From assembly GCF_006345805.1 (NCBI RefSeq), contig NC_043005.1, forward strand, positions 10,602,001 through 10,666,000: a stretch of 64,000 nucleotides of DNA, given 5' to 3'. The stretch is from Octopus sinensis (taxonomy: Eukaryota). This document shows, piece by piece, positions 25,848 to 39,140 of the stretch. The notes under the pieces were generated by a model. It was not told the DNA's origin. It made no database searches and was given only the letters and a program-made list of their open reading frames with translations. Position numbers and translations under genes: made by a program. How positions within the stretch are numbered: the first letter of the stretch is position 1; every line of letters begins with the position of its first letter.

Positions 25848-26859
25848 CTGGCGAAAATGCATTGGTGTCAAGATTTCATCTTGTTCATCCAATTTGGAAA
25901 AGAAATATAATTAAAAAGACCGAAGGTTAAATTTTTTGACAAGGATATTATTACTTAGTATTTATATTTTTTATTAGTATTTGGTAGAAGTAACGGAGTA
26001 ACTCAAGGGCCAAGAGTTTCATGAGTTATCACTTACCAAACTGATGCACAAAACTGTTGGCCCTTGAGTCAGTGGTACTTCTGTCAAGTATCAATAATAC
26101 ACACACACACACACATACACTTGTGTTTTGAGTTCTATTTTTCCTGTTTGCATTGCCAAACCAGTAGTTAGTATTTTTAGGGATTTGTTGTACTACATTG
26201 TCTACTAATTCTTCATATTCATTATTCATGACGGATGATAATGGTCATTATTGTACAGATGGTGAACCCTGTTAAAATGTGATCAAGTTAATTAGCATTT
26301 CAAAAACAAATATTAGAACCTTCATTAGGTTACAATTATAACTCACAGTTCTGTGTATGTGTCTATCTACTGACAACTAAACATTATTTCTAAATATTTG
26401 AGAATTCCATAATTGTCTGTATAGTAAGTAACAATACACAACAGTTAGAATATTGATTATCCAAAATAGTCATTAGCTTAATTAAGTTTTGTTTTCCCAA
26501 GTGTCTTAATTACATTTTTGCCTGATCTTTTAGGCCGTCAACTGTTATTTTGCCAACATCTTTCCCAAAATGCAAATTTCTGTTTTTGTTTTTGTATTTT
26601 TTTTTTATTTTGTGGGTTGGATGGAGTTTTTAACCAAACACATATATTTGAAGAATTTAGGTAAAAGTGTCAGAATTCAGATCTGCATAAAAGAAAGGGT
26701 TTATAATTCCTTTTGTTTTGTTCTTTTCTTTTTTACCTGTTTCTTCTCAGTGTCTTGGTAAATATATTTTGACACACTTATGTATTGTCATTAAAAGTAA
26801 AACAAAAACAAACAAATTTTTTTCCCCTTTAATACAAGGGTGCATATTAGTAGCCATAC

Positions 26860-26958
26860 CTATTTGGAATTGTGATATTCATGCCTTTCTCAAAAGGGTT
26901 CAGATTGCAACTGAAGAGAGGTTTGTTCCCAGTGAAAATCCACATGAATCTCCTACAC
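26860..26958 (-). other. Candidate exon
   Basis: actaac branch site about 27 nt before the tttacag acceptor; AG|gtatgg donor; 99 bp, one open frame. Confidence 0.4.
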
Positions 26959-27339
26959 CTGTAAATCTTGCAATGCAATGAAATGTTAGTCGACATCCGT
27001 AATAGAAATGCAGCTTTTAGCTGGAGGTTTACATAATCTTCCTATGATTAAGATCTGTTTAGTTAATTGCAGTGCTTTTAATTAGGATAAGTATTACTAA
27101 TATCTTTGAGTATCATCATATTATGAGATTTATGGATGCGTGCATGTGAGTAGTGGAGAATGTTAACTGGGAACACATGTATTGTTTTCCTGGTTCCTCT
27201 TTTTTATCCCCATTCTTCTCTTCCCTAGTTGTCCTGGTCTTTTCTCTTGTATTTGAAGAAGGACTATGTCCTAAATGTAATATCTTTCACTTTCTCCATT
27301 CATAGTGACTATGAATGGGTTGTTCTTTTGCATTTGCTC

Positions 27340-27371
<32 letters not shown>

Positions 27372-27373
<2 letters not shown>

Positions 27374-27681
27374 TCTCTCTTTTACGTGTTTCAGTCATTT
27401 GACTCCGGCCATGCTGGAGCACCGCCTTTAGTCGAGCAAATCGACCCCCGGGACTTTTTCTTTGTAAGCCCAGTACTTATTCTATCGGTCTCTTTTGCCA
27501 AACCACTAAGTGACGGGGACGTAAACACACCAGCATCGGTTGTCAAGCAATGCTAGGGGGACAAACACAGACACACAAACATATACATACACATACATAT
27601 ATATATGTATGTGTGTGGTTAGCAAGCTACTTACCATGTGGTTGGTTAGCAAGCTACTTACCACATAGCCACTCCTGTGCC
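27372..27681 (-). mobile_element. SINE family 1 (OK-like), internally deleted
   Basis: Matches reverse complement of 56409-56820. Confidence 0.85.
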
Positions 27682-28515
27682 TATGTTTATGTATATATAT
27701 GCATATCTATTATCTTTTGCTTGTTTTAGTCAGTTGACTGTTGATATACTGAAGATATGCTGAAGATTTTTAGTTGGACTAATCGACCTCAGTACTTAGA
27801 ATTTTAAAAAAAATTCTGGTACTTATTCTAACGGCCTCTTTTGCTGAACCAGGGATGTAACACACCAACACTGGTTGACAACACACACACATACATATTT
27901 TCTTCTAATTCTGTCTTTATCTTATAATAGTATTGCTACTGTCTTGGTGCTGTCCCCTATTTCATTTTTATTCTTATTTTATACTTATCCACCCCACCCC
28001 CTTGATTTCAACAACTACGATGCTTGACAGTCACTTAGTGAAAGAATGCACCTGTTGATGCAAATCGGATGAAGTGTCACTCTAACGTATCAAACCTCAA
28101 ATATTATGTAATTTTTCACATTGAACTTTTATGTGCAGTGGTGCTAAAAACAGAGGTACTAAGACAATAGTAGTCGGTCATTAAGGTCTGTCTCTTTCTC
28201 TTGATATAGTTACACACACACACACACACACACACATGCACATATTAAAAACGTTAATCAACATCAAATATATTGAAGATCAATATTTGTACCGGAACTC
28301 ATAGAAATTAACCCAAACTTCAAGCCAACTAATTTTTTGCAAATAACTCATTGTAATTTCAAAGTGATATGGAGAATTTTTTTTAAATGAAATACAATTT
28401 CATTTTTTCTTTTAATTTTTTTCATGTATATGTGTGTGTGTGATACATATAGTGTGCAACACTAATTGCTCCCAGTCTGCACTGTAGACACCATGCCTAA
28501 AAAGATTGAATAGTA

Positions 28516-28745
28516 GTGATGTTGGTTGGCATCCTTTTTGTCTCGGGAGACAATGGAGTTGTGCATAAAGTAGTCTAGTCCAGCTTCTAAATTTCATGTC
28601 CTGATATATTTCCTGCTGTGGCTGTGTAGTCCTATCCTGGACAAACACTCCCTCTGGCAGGTACCACAAATGTAGCGAAGACTGTTCCTGGCTGGTTGTA
28701 ATGCCATAGTTTCTTGTTGACGTCTTTTCTTGTCTTTCCATTTCT
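28516..28745 (-). mobile_element. RTE LINE 3' end
   Basis: YICGTCQRECLSRIGLHSHSRK, the typical RTE C-terminal zinc motif, followed by a short UTR. Confidence 0.75.
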
Positions 28746-29289
28746 CCTCTCTTTCTCTGTCACTCCTTTGTATTCCCTCTCTTACGGTACGTCGCCAGTT
28801 TCCATGGTTGCCGGCAACTGCCTCCCAACCGCTAATATTGATGTAGGTACAAGGGTATATTTGGTCTTGTTATCAAGGACCTCTTTAGTGTTTGTGCTAT
28901 GAAAAGTGCATCCAGTCTATACTCTAGAGTAGTTATGGACACTAAATGGCATCCATTATAAAAAGGAGGAAGAAATGAGGCAACATGGAATCTTTAAGTT
29001 CCAACACAGGCAGTCCATCTAGGAAAACAATGTTTGCATAAAAATGCTGATACTGGGTGGAGGGATTCTTTTCTGCTGCAAAAGTTTCTCTTCAGTGTTG
29101 GAGGGATAATGACATGCACCCAGGTTATGCTGTAAAGTGATTGGTGAAAGGAATGCATCCAATTATAAAACCCATTCCAAAAAAGGTATTTACAGCAAAG
29201 GTGTGTCAGATGATAAAGAAGAACTTATACCCATACACCGGGTTGGAGCTTAGGAAAATAGATGGAAAATGATGATTGTATTGTGAAGT

Positions 29290-29492
29290 ATATTTGCCAT
29301 TTAAATATGGCTAACCCCTAAGGGTGGATGCTACTGTAGCCTGTAGCTTCAGGAGGGCACCTCCTCCAGCTGGCTATTGACACACTTTCTGTGCCCTATC
29401 AGTATTTGTGAAGGGAAGCCATCCTTCCCGTCTTCAACCTATGATACACACAGACTTGAGTTTCTGGGTATTGACCTGTCATCAGCGTTTGA
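29290..29492 (-). mobile_element. PLE LTR-like repeat related to 1096-1297, with hammerhead at 29447-29490
   Basis: Shares tatttgcca..atggc..ctccag.tggctattg..aagggaa..tcatcagc with the 1.1-kb copy; minus strand CUGAUGA-CAGGUCAAUACCCA-GAAA-CUCAAG-UC^UGUGUG. Confidence 0.65.
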
Positions 29493-29539
29493 CAATCACA
29501 GTTGTCGATGAAAACAGATGCTAATTATTGTGGGCATCA

Positions 29540-30780
29540 GTGATAATTCTTCCTTGCACAAAACTGAACTGCATTCATCTAGGCTAATACTGATATCAAA
29601 TTCTCTCTGTCATTTCCAAAACTCAAGCTATTTACTTCTTTCTGTGCATCTCTTTTACCCTTGTAACAGTTCATGATGATACCCCTACAATTCTGTTCTC
29701 TATGTGTGACTAGCACAGGATCTACCTTGTCATATATTTTTAGCATTTCTGTGACTGTACCTGAGGGTCCAGCTGCTTTCCGTACTGTCATACCCTTATT
29801 AACTTTACCATACTGCTGTTAACTTGTATTGTTAACCCCTGTGGAGGCGCAATGGCCCAGTGGTTAGGACAGCGGACTCGCGGTCATAGGATCGCGGTTT
29901 CGATTCCCAGACCGGGCGTTGTGAGTGTTTATTGAGCGAAAACACCTAAAGCTCCACGAGGCTCCGGCAGGGGATGGTGATCCCTGCTGTACTCTTTCAC
30001 CACAACTTTCTCTCACTCTTACTTCCTGTTTCTGTTGTACCTGTATTTCAAAGAGCCGGCCTTGTCACTCTCTGTGTCACGCTGAATATCCCCGAGAACT
30101 ACGTTAAGGGTGCACGTGTCTGTGGAGTGCTCAGCCACTTACACGTTAATTTCATGAGCAGGCTGTTCCATTGATTCGGATCAACTGGAACCCTCATCGT
30201 CGTAACCGACGGAGTGCTTCCAAAAAAAAAATTGTTAACCCCTATACTTAGGTCCACATTAAATATGCCCACTTTATTCCTTGCAGTCTCCTCAGTCAAC
30301 AATCTCTCACAATAATATGTCTATGCCCCTTTCTTTTCAGTATTATCAGTAAAGCAAATGCATGACTGTTGTTCAGCATACGTTTTTCATCAATAATGTT
30401 CCAATTCCCCTAGCAAACAATCTTGCTAACTAGAACACTTCTCACAGATCGCTTCTCTAGCTGAGTATACCTGACACCTTGTTTCTTCTCCAGCTACATG
30501 GTACTGATCTTTCATACCCTCTTTCTTTCTACTTTCCAGACCTGTTGATTTGTTCTTATAGCTCTATCTACTGTATGATTTCATCATTGTTTCTTCTATC
30601 TGGGTGTGGCCTATATCCAGCCCTCAATCTGATCTGTAGCCTTGTTGTTTTGTAAAAACTGCTAACTTTCTTCTATTGTCTGTCATATAAACATCAACTA
30701 GAACTTCTCTGAATCTATGAGCTCTTTCAGTTTTTAGTTTTATTTTCCAAAATTGTCTTTTACTTTTGTGTCCATCATTT
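29540..30780 (-). mobile_element. Decayed RTE LINE fragment (interrupted by a SINE)
   Basis: KAAGPSGTVTEMLK, NCYKGKRDA: pre-RT region motifs. Confidence 0.7.
29841..30230 (+). mobile_element. SINE family 2, tail type b (OR-like), full length
   Basis: tRNA head, A tail, perfect 13-bp TSD attgttaacccct (29828-29840 / 30231-30243). Confidence 0.92.
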
Positions 30781-31244
30781 AACTCTTATTCCGAAGTCAC
30801 TTATTACTAATCTATATGGGGCAGTTAATCTTTGATTTATATAAATAAGGCATGGCCGAGTGGTTAAGAAGTGTGTTGTAGCCATGAAGTCCTGGTGGCA
30901 AATGTTTTTTTTATCATAATCTTGATTCAGCTCAAGTCTTGTGAGTGAAATTGGGTGGATGGAAACTGTGAAAACTGTTGGATGAGCAATGCTTGTAATT
31001 GAATGGGCCAACCTAGTCACACACTGTGTCTGGCTGAGAGATGCATAATAGGTCTGAGTTGTCTTCGTGAAAACTGAAAGAAGACCATCATACATAGAGA
31101 TGATTAATTTGCTGTTAATGATAAACAATTATTAATGTATGTATGTGTGTGTGTGTGTACATAAGCATAAATATATATACACAAATACACACAATCATAC
31201 ATTTGCTCAAAGAATTCCAGAATATTCCAGGTACAACCAACACA

Positions 31245-31478
31245 ACTCTCTTTTACTCTTTTCTTTTATACTTGTTTCAGTCATTTGACTGCGGCCATGC
31301 TGGAGCACCGCCTTTAGTCGAGCAAATCGACCCCGGGACTTATTCTTTGTAAGCCCAGTACTTATTCTATTGGTCTCTTTTGCCGAACCGCAAAGTGACG
31401 GGGACGTAAACACACCAGCATTGGTTGTCTAGCAATGCTAGGGGGACAAACACAGACACACAAACATATACACACACA

Positions 31479-31480
<2 letters not shown>
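31245..31480 (-). mobile_element. SINE family 1 (OK-like) 3' half
   Basis: High identity to 57152-57380. Confidence 0.88.
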
Positions 31481-31516
<36 letters not shown>

Positions 31517-32404
31517 ATATAACTACAACTGTTAATTTCCATCATTGAATATCTTGGACTACGTTGTCAAATAGGCTTTCTTTTTTATGGAATGAATAGA
31601 TTTGACTGTTACTTCTTGCAGGTAGAAGCTCTAATCCTGTTAATGCTAATGAGTTCACATACGAATGTGAAGCAATTTATTCAAACAAACATTTCAATAT
31701 AGAAAGCGCAAGGAGCAAAAACGACATTCTAATTTGATTTTACTGCATATGATTCTGTATTTCATTGCTGCACGGAAATAAATTTTTTATTTCTTTGAAC
31801 TGTTTAATAATGTGCAGCAATGTTATTGCCTTCTTTTTTAGAGTACATATTTCATTTTTGTTTATTTTATTACTGTTTGATTGATGTCTAAATTTTAATA
31901 TTTACATTAAATATTAGAGATGGTGTTTTATGATGCATTGATATATTATCTAGCTACAACTGTTTATCCATAGATTATGGAATAACTTGTGTTTATTAAA
32001 AAAGAAGGGGTTCCTTAATACCAGTTTCTACAGGCAAGCTTCTTGTAAATGTATGTTTATGCTCTATAGAACAGCCCTACCAACCAGATCCAAGACTGCC
32101 AATATACAAAATGAAATATTACGTATACCCAGCCATGACGCAGGTGATAAGTGTCAACACTATCAAGCAATTCCAAAGGATGCTAATGGATAAAGTTACC
32201 TAGCATCCTTCATCACACATTGGTTTGATAATATAACTACAGAGAACATTCTCAACTAGCCAACAATAATTTTTTTTTAAACTGTCATTCTTTTTAATTA
32301 TAGAAGAATAGCAGCAATCTTTCAAGTGATTGATTGGGAGGGATTGAATATACATTTAGTACTCAGGGCCTTTTTTGCGAAAATACCTGTTAAGAAGTTA
32401 GCCC

Positions 32405-32930
32405 ATCATCATTCATCATTGTATGACCGTGGTCGAGACAATGGAATTTACTATGCTACGCCAGACTTCACGGTCCATCATGGCATTACGGGGGTCCTGT
32501 TGCTGGATGCCTGTATCCCTGGAGATTACATCAGGGTAGGAGAGTGTGCGCTCTCTGGTATTGCGGGTAGATGACTTCCAGAGGAGAAGAGTAGAAATTA
32601 CCTCTCTTTCAGCTCTACAACAATGTCCAGCAAACTGGACTCTCTTACCTTTCACAAGAGATGACACAGGTGGTAGTTTCCCATATATTTGCATTTTGGT
32701 TGGATGGAGCCTCCACGAGAGATTTTGAGCTCTCATAAGGAGGCGAGTGTAGATTCCATCCAACCGCCTCTCAAGCTTCTTTGATAGCGTCCAGGTTTCT
32801 GAGCCATATAGTAGAATTGGTTCGACTGTGGCTTTGAAGATTTCAAGTTTGAAGTCTCTACTTAGATTTGATGACCAGATCTTATGCATGTCATTACAGG
32901 CTGACCAGGCCATACCCTTTCTAGTTAGAA
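32405..32930 (-). mobile_element. 5'-truncated RTE-clade LINE
   Basis: ORF 32416-32913 with IFKATVEPILLYGSETWTL, FAGHC.R; (ATG)n-like tail; TSD aagtt(a/g)gcccat. Confidence 0.88.
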
Positions 32931-33045
32931 AGTTGGCCCATGCTACTGCATCAACAGTTTACAGGCCTAACATAGTGTATCATCTAACTTGTTAATTGTA
33001 GAGGGTGCATTGCTGATTAAGCAGTTGCTACATTAAACAACATGT

Positions 33046-33256
33046 TTAACCCTTTAGCACTTGAACCAGCCTCAACAGGCTCAGATACTCTGCCTGTTTT
33101 ATTTTCAAACCTGCCAAATCTGGCTTCATACATCTACCTTACACATTATTAAAGTCTCAAATCTGCAAGATAATGCATGATTAATTCAGAACGATATGAA
33201 TATACGAATAAATAAGCATCACATCCCACTGAGTTACTTGTATACTGAAGGGTTAA
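33046..33256 (-). mobile_element. TTAA MITE family B, decayed
   Basis: ttaaccctttagca...aagggttaa; interior is reverse-homologous to 21934. Confidence 0.75.
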
Positions 33257-34679
33257 GCAAATACTTCCTTTAAATCTATTAATGATAGATTTAAAATAAA
33301 AAAGTACAATCTATTGTTAAAATATCAAATGTGTATTTGCTTAACAATATTGTTTTAATAACATAAAACAAAATAAAAGATTAAAGATTTGGGATTAGCA
33401 GTCAGGTTTTAGCTATTTTCTCGTGATATGAACATTATCCTTAATTATTGATTTAGATGTTTTCTAGTACTTAATCTTATTTATAAATTTACATGGGATA
33501 ATGCATAATTAATGAGCTTTCTGAGTTCTTAGTTTATGCAGGTGTCTACTAATAATCCCTTAAGGAATGTGAGATTGTGATAGTTAATAAATGAAGCCCT
33601 CTACTGACTCTTTTGTTCTTTTTGTTAGTTACTGGAACTGTTATGACTGATTCATGATTGGGTTCCTTTAATAATATTGTCATAACAATGCCTACATTAT
33701 GGTATTATAGTTTTCCCTTTGAATAAGAAAGTGGAAAAAAACAAAAAAAAACTCTAGATAATTGCTGAAGAATTGAAATGAAAATTTCTAACGACTTGAG
33801 TGTTGGCAGAGCAAAAAATATAAGTACTAGTTTTAGAGTTGTTTAGCCTCAGATCAGCTCTAATTGGGCAGGCCTATGATCCAAAACATTCAAGCTGTGA
33901 CAATCATCTAAACAATTTCCTAAATAAATTTATCTAAAATTCTTAGGGGAAAGGAAGAAGTCTGAATAAGTAATAGATGGTAATTAAAACTAGTTATTTA
34001 GTCTCAGGTCAAACCAGATCTAGCTGAGCTATGATGAAAGGCTTGCCAACTATCTTCTTTATAAAGACAGTGTACCTAGAAGTACATCATCCAGTGTTTC
34101 ATTTCTATTTTTAATGTGGTAAAGTATGAATTTGAGGAAATCTTGCTTATATTTCTAACAGGTTGACTGACTCCATTGTGACTTGTTTAAAAGGAGTTTA
34201 CACAGACTTGGAAATAGACTATATAGTAGGCAGGCTGTGCACGATATCTTTTGTGTAAGTTATAAAGTAAAAGTAGGCCATAAATGTTGTGAAGTTTTAG
34301 GGGCTTAAAAACATTGGAGTATATGTCACTTTATACCCAGATGCACAGACCAAATCTAGCCATTTCATAAAAAAGAAAGCATATTTGATGGTATACTTAT
34401 TATATCAAGATCATTGTTGTAATAAATATAAAGAATTGATTATATGTGTTAACTCTTAAGGTTCTTTCTTTTAACAGTTAACCTTACTTTGAAATTGACT
34501 TCCGAAATGTTACACCTTGTAACTCTTTACTGGTATTCTTTCTCAGGAGTTAACAATGTAGTTTTGTCTTTTGCATAAACAACATTATCAAAAAAAAAAA
34601 ACTGTATTTTTTTTAAAGAAAAAAAAATAGAAATGATTTTTTATGGTTTCCTCAGAAAGAGAAAGATAGTAATTACAAC

Positions 34680-34776
34680 CTTTCTCTGGGCTTGTTACAA
34701 TTGTAAGAGGGAATTTTTCCCAGGCCTGTAGATCTGGCCCAAATGCTTGCAGCAGAGTAGGTTTTGCTGAAGACAC
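34680..34776 (-). other. Candidate exon (weak)
   Basis: ttcttag acceptor, AAG|gttgta donor; GC-richer island with two open frames. Confidence 0.25.
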
Positions 34777-35274
34777 CTAAGAATCAGGTTTAGGGTTCAG
34801 CAAATTTTATACTGCTAAATACTAGGAATAGTCTTCTGCTCAGTTTCTCCCTACTAGAGTTCATTCATAAAGATTTGGTTGCCATGATGTTACAATCGGA
34901 AGCACTTGTCCGAGGTTCTGTAGGATTGGATCAAAAATATAGCTGTTATAATTTTGATGTATGTGGAAAATTACTTTATTTTATCATTTCTTCCCTTCTT
35001 AAATTGGTTTATCTTTGAGATCAAAACTTTTGCTGCTATTTATAATCTTATCTGATAAAATATGTAAGATTACACTTTAAAAGTCACAAGAGAACTCTGA
35101 AACAGCTGTGACACAACAAGAGAAGCATTCTCAATTAATAATAGTGACCTTGATTAGCCCAGACTACATATACTAAATTAAAACTGATAAAAATCTCATT
35201 ACATGAATGACAGTGTAATATATCAGTTGATCTATAAAATATATAAAATGACAGGTATATTACTAAACTTTAGT

Positions 35275-35425
35275 GTATTTACATCCCCATAACTTAGTGG
35301 TTTGGCAAAGGAGACCAATAGAATAAATACTAGGCTTACAAAGAATAAGTCCTGGAGTCGATTTGCTCGACTAAAGGCGGTGCTCCAGCATGGCCGCAGT
35401 CTAATGACTGAAACAAGTTAAAGAG
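35275..35425 (+). mobile_element. SINE family 1 3' fragment
   Basis: gactaaaggcggtgctccagcatggccgcagt. Confidence 0.85.
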
Positions 35426-36088
35426 TCTTAGCACTACCTTAAAACTTGAGTCTTTGTAGCATTTAAAATGATTGCTTATAATGTCATGCAAGTAATATAT
35501 ATATAAGACACCTGATCTTATCTTATCACTGTTGCTCTTATCATGTTATTGTAATTTACATACCTTTCTTTTATAAAATACTATAAATGATTAAAAATGG
35601 CTTTAATTGCATTCGTTGTCATTCATGGTAACTTAATCCTTTTACTACTAGCCTATCCCACATATGTTACATTGTAATTCTTAGTATTACAATGACATGT
35701 AAAAACCTTTTTGTTAAGCCATGTTCCAGATATCAGCAGAATATACCTTTAAAAGATGTGAGAACCTCTTTACAATCACTCTGGTTGCCAGAAATATGAG
35801 TCAAATTAAGTCTTCACTCATCTCCTACAGGGTTGTTGCTTTTTTCTTCTATGAGAGTGGTCTGGAAGAAAGAGTTGTGCATGTAACTTTCAGAAACTCA
35901 ATGAGGCCACTGTGACTGACATGATTACTATTTCTTTTGAACTATTGAAGAAAACAAATGCAAAGAGGGAATTCCAATGTGCTAATATTTTGTAGATGAA
36001 GGACTGGGCCTAGCACTTAATGTGGGATATAAGTGACCAGAGGCAAGATGAGTAAGTCAGGAATGCCCTGAGGAGTGAGTGCCACAGT

Positions 36089-36089
<1 letters not shown>

Positions 36090-36119
<30 letters not shown>

Positions 36120-36357
36120 GTTTAACGTCCGCTTTCCATGCTAGCATGGGTTGGACGGTTCAACTGGGGTCTGGCAAGCCCGAAGGCTGCACCAGGCCAG
36201 TCAGATCTGGCAGTGTTTCTACAGCTGGATGCCCTTCCTAACGCCAACCACTCCGAGAGTGTAGTGGGTGATTTTATGTGCCACCGACACAGGTGCCAGA
36301 CGAGGCTGGCAGACGGCCACACTCGGATGGTGTTTTTTATGTGCCACCGACACAGGT
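36090..36357 (-). mobile_element. 5'-truncated RTE 3' UTR copy
   Basis: (CAT)n tail plus close match to 11370-11616. Confidence 0.9.
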
Positions 36358-36359
36358 TG

Positions 36360-37210
36360 TAATAGTTGTAGAAAAAGCAAAGAGAAGAGACAGCGCATCT
36401 GTTGTCCAGAGCTTGAAATGTGTTGGTGAATGACTTGATGCCAATCCATCAACTGCTTTTTTTATTTTTTGGTGATGATGCATGCTAGATGAGCTGTACT
36501 TCATTCAGGATCTCACCTAAGCTTTGTAGAGTGTTACTGGTTGTTGAGGCTTGAAGTATTTTCTGATCCTGAAGAGGAAAGCCAGTCTTTGAGATGCAGC
36601 CTTTGCTATGTTACAGATCTGCATTTGCTTGGAGAAATACTCACTGATGGTGAAAGCTGACATTTGTTGTGATCTTGATTGTTCTAGTTGCATGCTGTTC
36701 ATGTTCAGGCTAGATTGGGGTGTCATAATGTTTTGATATATTTATTAACCCTTTTGTTACCAACCCGGCCAAAACCGGCTCTGACTCTGTAGTACAAATG
36801 TCTTGTTTTCATAAGTTTTGAATTAAAATATACCACCAAACCTTAGTCGCAATTTATGTTCCTAACACTTGTTTAATGATAACTAAGTTATTTTACTAAA
36901 TTCTTTGTTATATTTAAAATAATTGAAAGAGACACAGAGCATCTCAAAATAAATAAAGTAACGAAAGGGTTAAAAAGAAGAAAGGACTTGAATATTTTCT
37001 GGATAAGTAGAAAATTGGTTGGTCAAAGATGAAATATCTTTGGTCATAGATCTTCTGGATCTTGGCTGCTCTGGAATCTTCTGCCTGCTCATGTCTTTTC
37101 TGTGTGTTATTGAATGGCAACTGTTTAATCAGAGCATTTATGACATCAAGCTTCCCAGTCTCAGAGAACCTATGAAGATCAGAGGTACTGCTGCTTCTTC
37201 CTGGCTCAGC
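36360..37210 (-). mobile_element. Decayed LINE RT/C-terminal fragment interrupted by a MITE
   Basis: KAASQRLAFLFRIRKYF...TLYKA pattern of CR1/L2/I-type post-RT region. Confidence 0.6.
36745..36973 (-). mobile_element. TTAA MITE family A
   Basis: 229 bp, TTAA flanks, reverse-homologous to 3573. Confidence 0.9.
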
Positions 37211-38745
37211 AAATAAACACACACACACTGTAATTTGTTTAAAATATGGTAATGAAACAGTTAAGTATTTTGTTTTAATTGTCTTACTTTGTTGTAAGAT
37301 GTTTAAAATAAAATATAACAAAATCTGAAGACTAATCTTGTAGGCTGTTCTAAACAATGTCGTTAACTGTACTATAATTAGAAAGCTGGATAGTCAGCAC
37401 AGGCAGGATCTAACAGAACCAATTGACCAAACCTGGGTATTTGTTTTCATTTTATTATGAATACTTCTTAGCTAAGATCAATGGGATTTTTTTCAATGAA
37501 GCAATCACATTCACTGAACTAGTATATTCCAAACAAATTGCTTTGAGGCTAACTAGCAATATCTCTGATTAATTAGAATTGAATGTATCAGAAGAGTCAA
37601 ATGCCTGAAGCTAAGTTTCTGATTTTTCTCATACTCTCTTAATGGTATTAATGCATAAGATATTTTATATTGAAGGTAGATGAATGCATTTCTTTCTACT
37701 GTAATTAAATGAGGTTTTTAAAATGAAAGTAAATAAGCACTATCTTCCATTTCTATTGATATTTCATTGCCAAAGATAGGAGACTGTTAGAAAAGGAAGT
37801 GTCAGCATTAGTTCTTTTGTTGGCAAGAAACAAAAGTCTTTTATCATATGGGAATTGACAGCAAAGGATTTTTAAGTAGAATTTTTTTTAGAGAAATAGC
37901 TGTAAATTGGGGGGGAAAAAAATCAATTGTGTGGTCCAATATTATTTTAGTATTATCAGTCTTGTATTAAAACCAACCATAAATATGTTAATATGCATTG
38001 CTTAAGTTATTTAACATAAAATATTATTTTATAGTCTTTCCAACTAAAGTCAGCAGGTTAATATATTGTGATACTAATAGTCCTGTAGGCAGGCAGTATA
38101 AAAGATATGATGGAGGTTTCATTTATGAAGCAAATGCTTTATTATTTTCTATGAATCAAATACTTTTGCCTAAGATGTTAATGACTGATATCGTTATATT
38201 TCAAGGTATAATTTTCCACCACATGTTACACCTTCAGGTTATAGAACATGATTCCATTGAGATTTCACTTTTGTATTAAAGAAATTCAAAACGGAAATGC
38301 TGAGAATATGCCACTGGTCATTATTTTAGATTATAGAGAGGCTAAGGATGCTTAATCTTATTCTTATTGATGTTTAGTATTCTGCTATAAGGAATTATCC
38401 TTAATGCCTTTGAACATAATACTTTATTCTATTGATAACAGTGTAAAAGTCAAGGAAATGGACAGAGGTAATGCAGTTTTGTATGCTGGTGATATCTCTA
38501 GTTGTAAATTACTTTATCTAACTACTCACTAGAATGTCCAAATAAAAAAATTCAGGAAAAATTTCTTTAAAGATATTCTTTATAATTATAATCACTCTTG
38601 CTATCCTGAAAATGAGAAAATAGGAAAGCTTGTTTTTTTTTTCTCTTGTAAACACATATTTAAATCATAGTATTTGAAATAGACTGAAAAAGGGACTAAA
38701 GACTATTCTGAAGGTTGTATAGAAGACAGAAAAAAAAGTATAAAT

Positions 38746-39140
38746 ACTCTTTCACTTGTTTCAGTCATTTGACTGCGGCCATGCTGGAGCACTGCCTTTA
38801 GTCGAGCAACTCGACCCCGGGACTTATTCTTTTTGTAAGCCCAGTACTTATTCTATCGGTCTCTTTTTGCTGAACCACTAAGTGACGGGGACGTAAACAC
38901 ACCAGCATCGGTTGTCAAGCAATGCTAGGGAGACAAACACAGACACACAAACACACACATATATATATACATATATACAGCAGGCTTCTTTCAGTTTCCG
39001 TCAACCAAATCCACTCACAAGGCATTGGTCGGCCCGGGGCTATAGCAAAAGACACTTGCCCAAGATGCCACGCAGTGGGACTGAACCCGGAACCATGTGG
39101 TTGGTAAACAAGCTACTTACCACACAGCCACTCCTGCACC
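38746..39140 (-). mobile_element. SINE family 1 (OK-like), full length
   Basis: Complete reverse match to 56409-56820. Confidence 0.92.

Noticed and set aside
26029-26229. ORF MNNEYEELVDNVVQQIPKN...
   Set aside because: No recognisable motif or clear splice signals; runs into (GT)n
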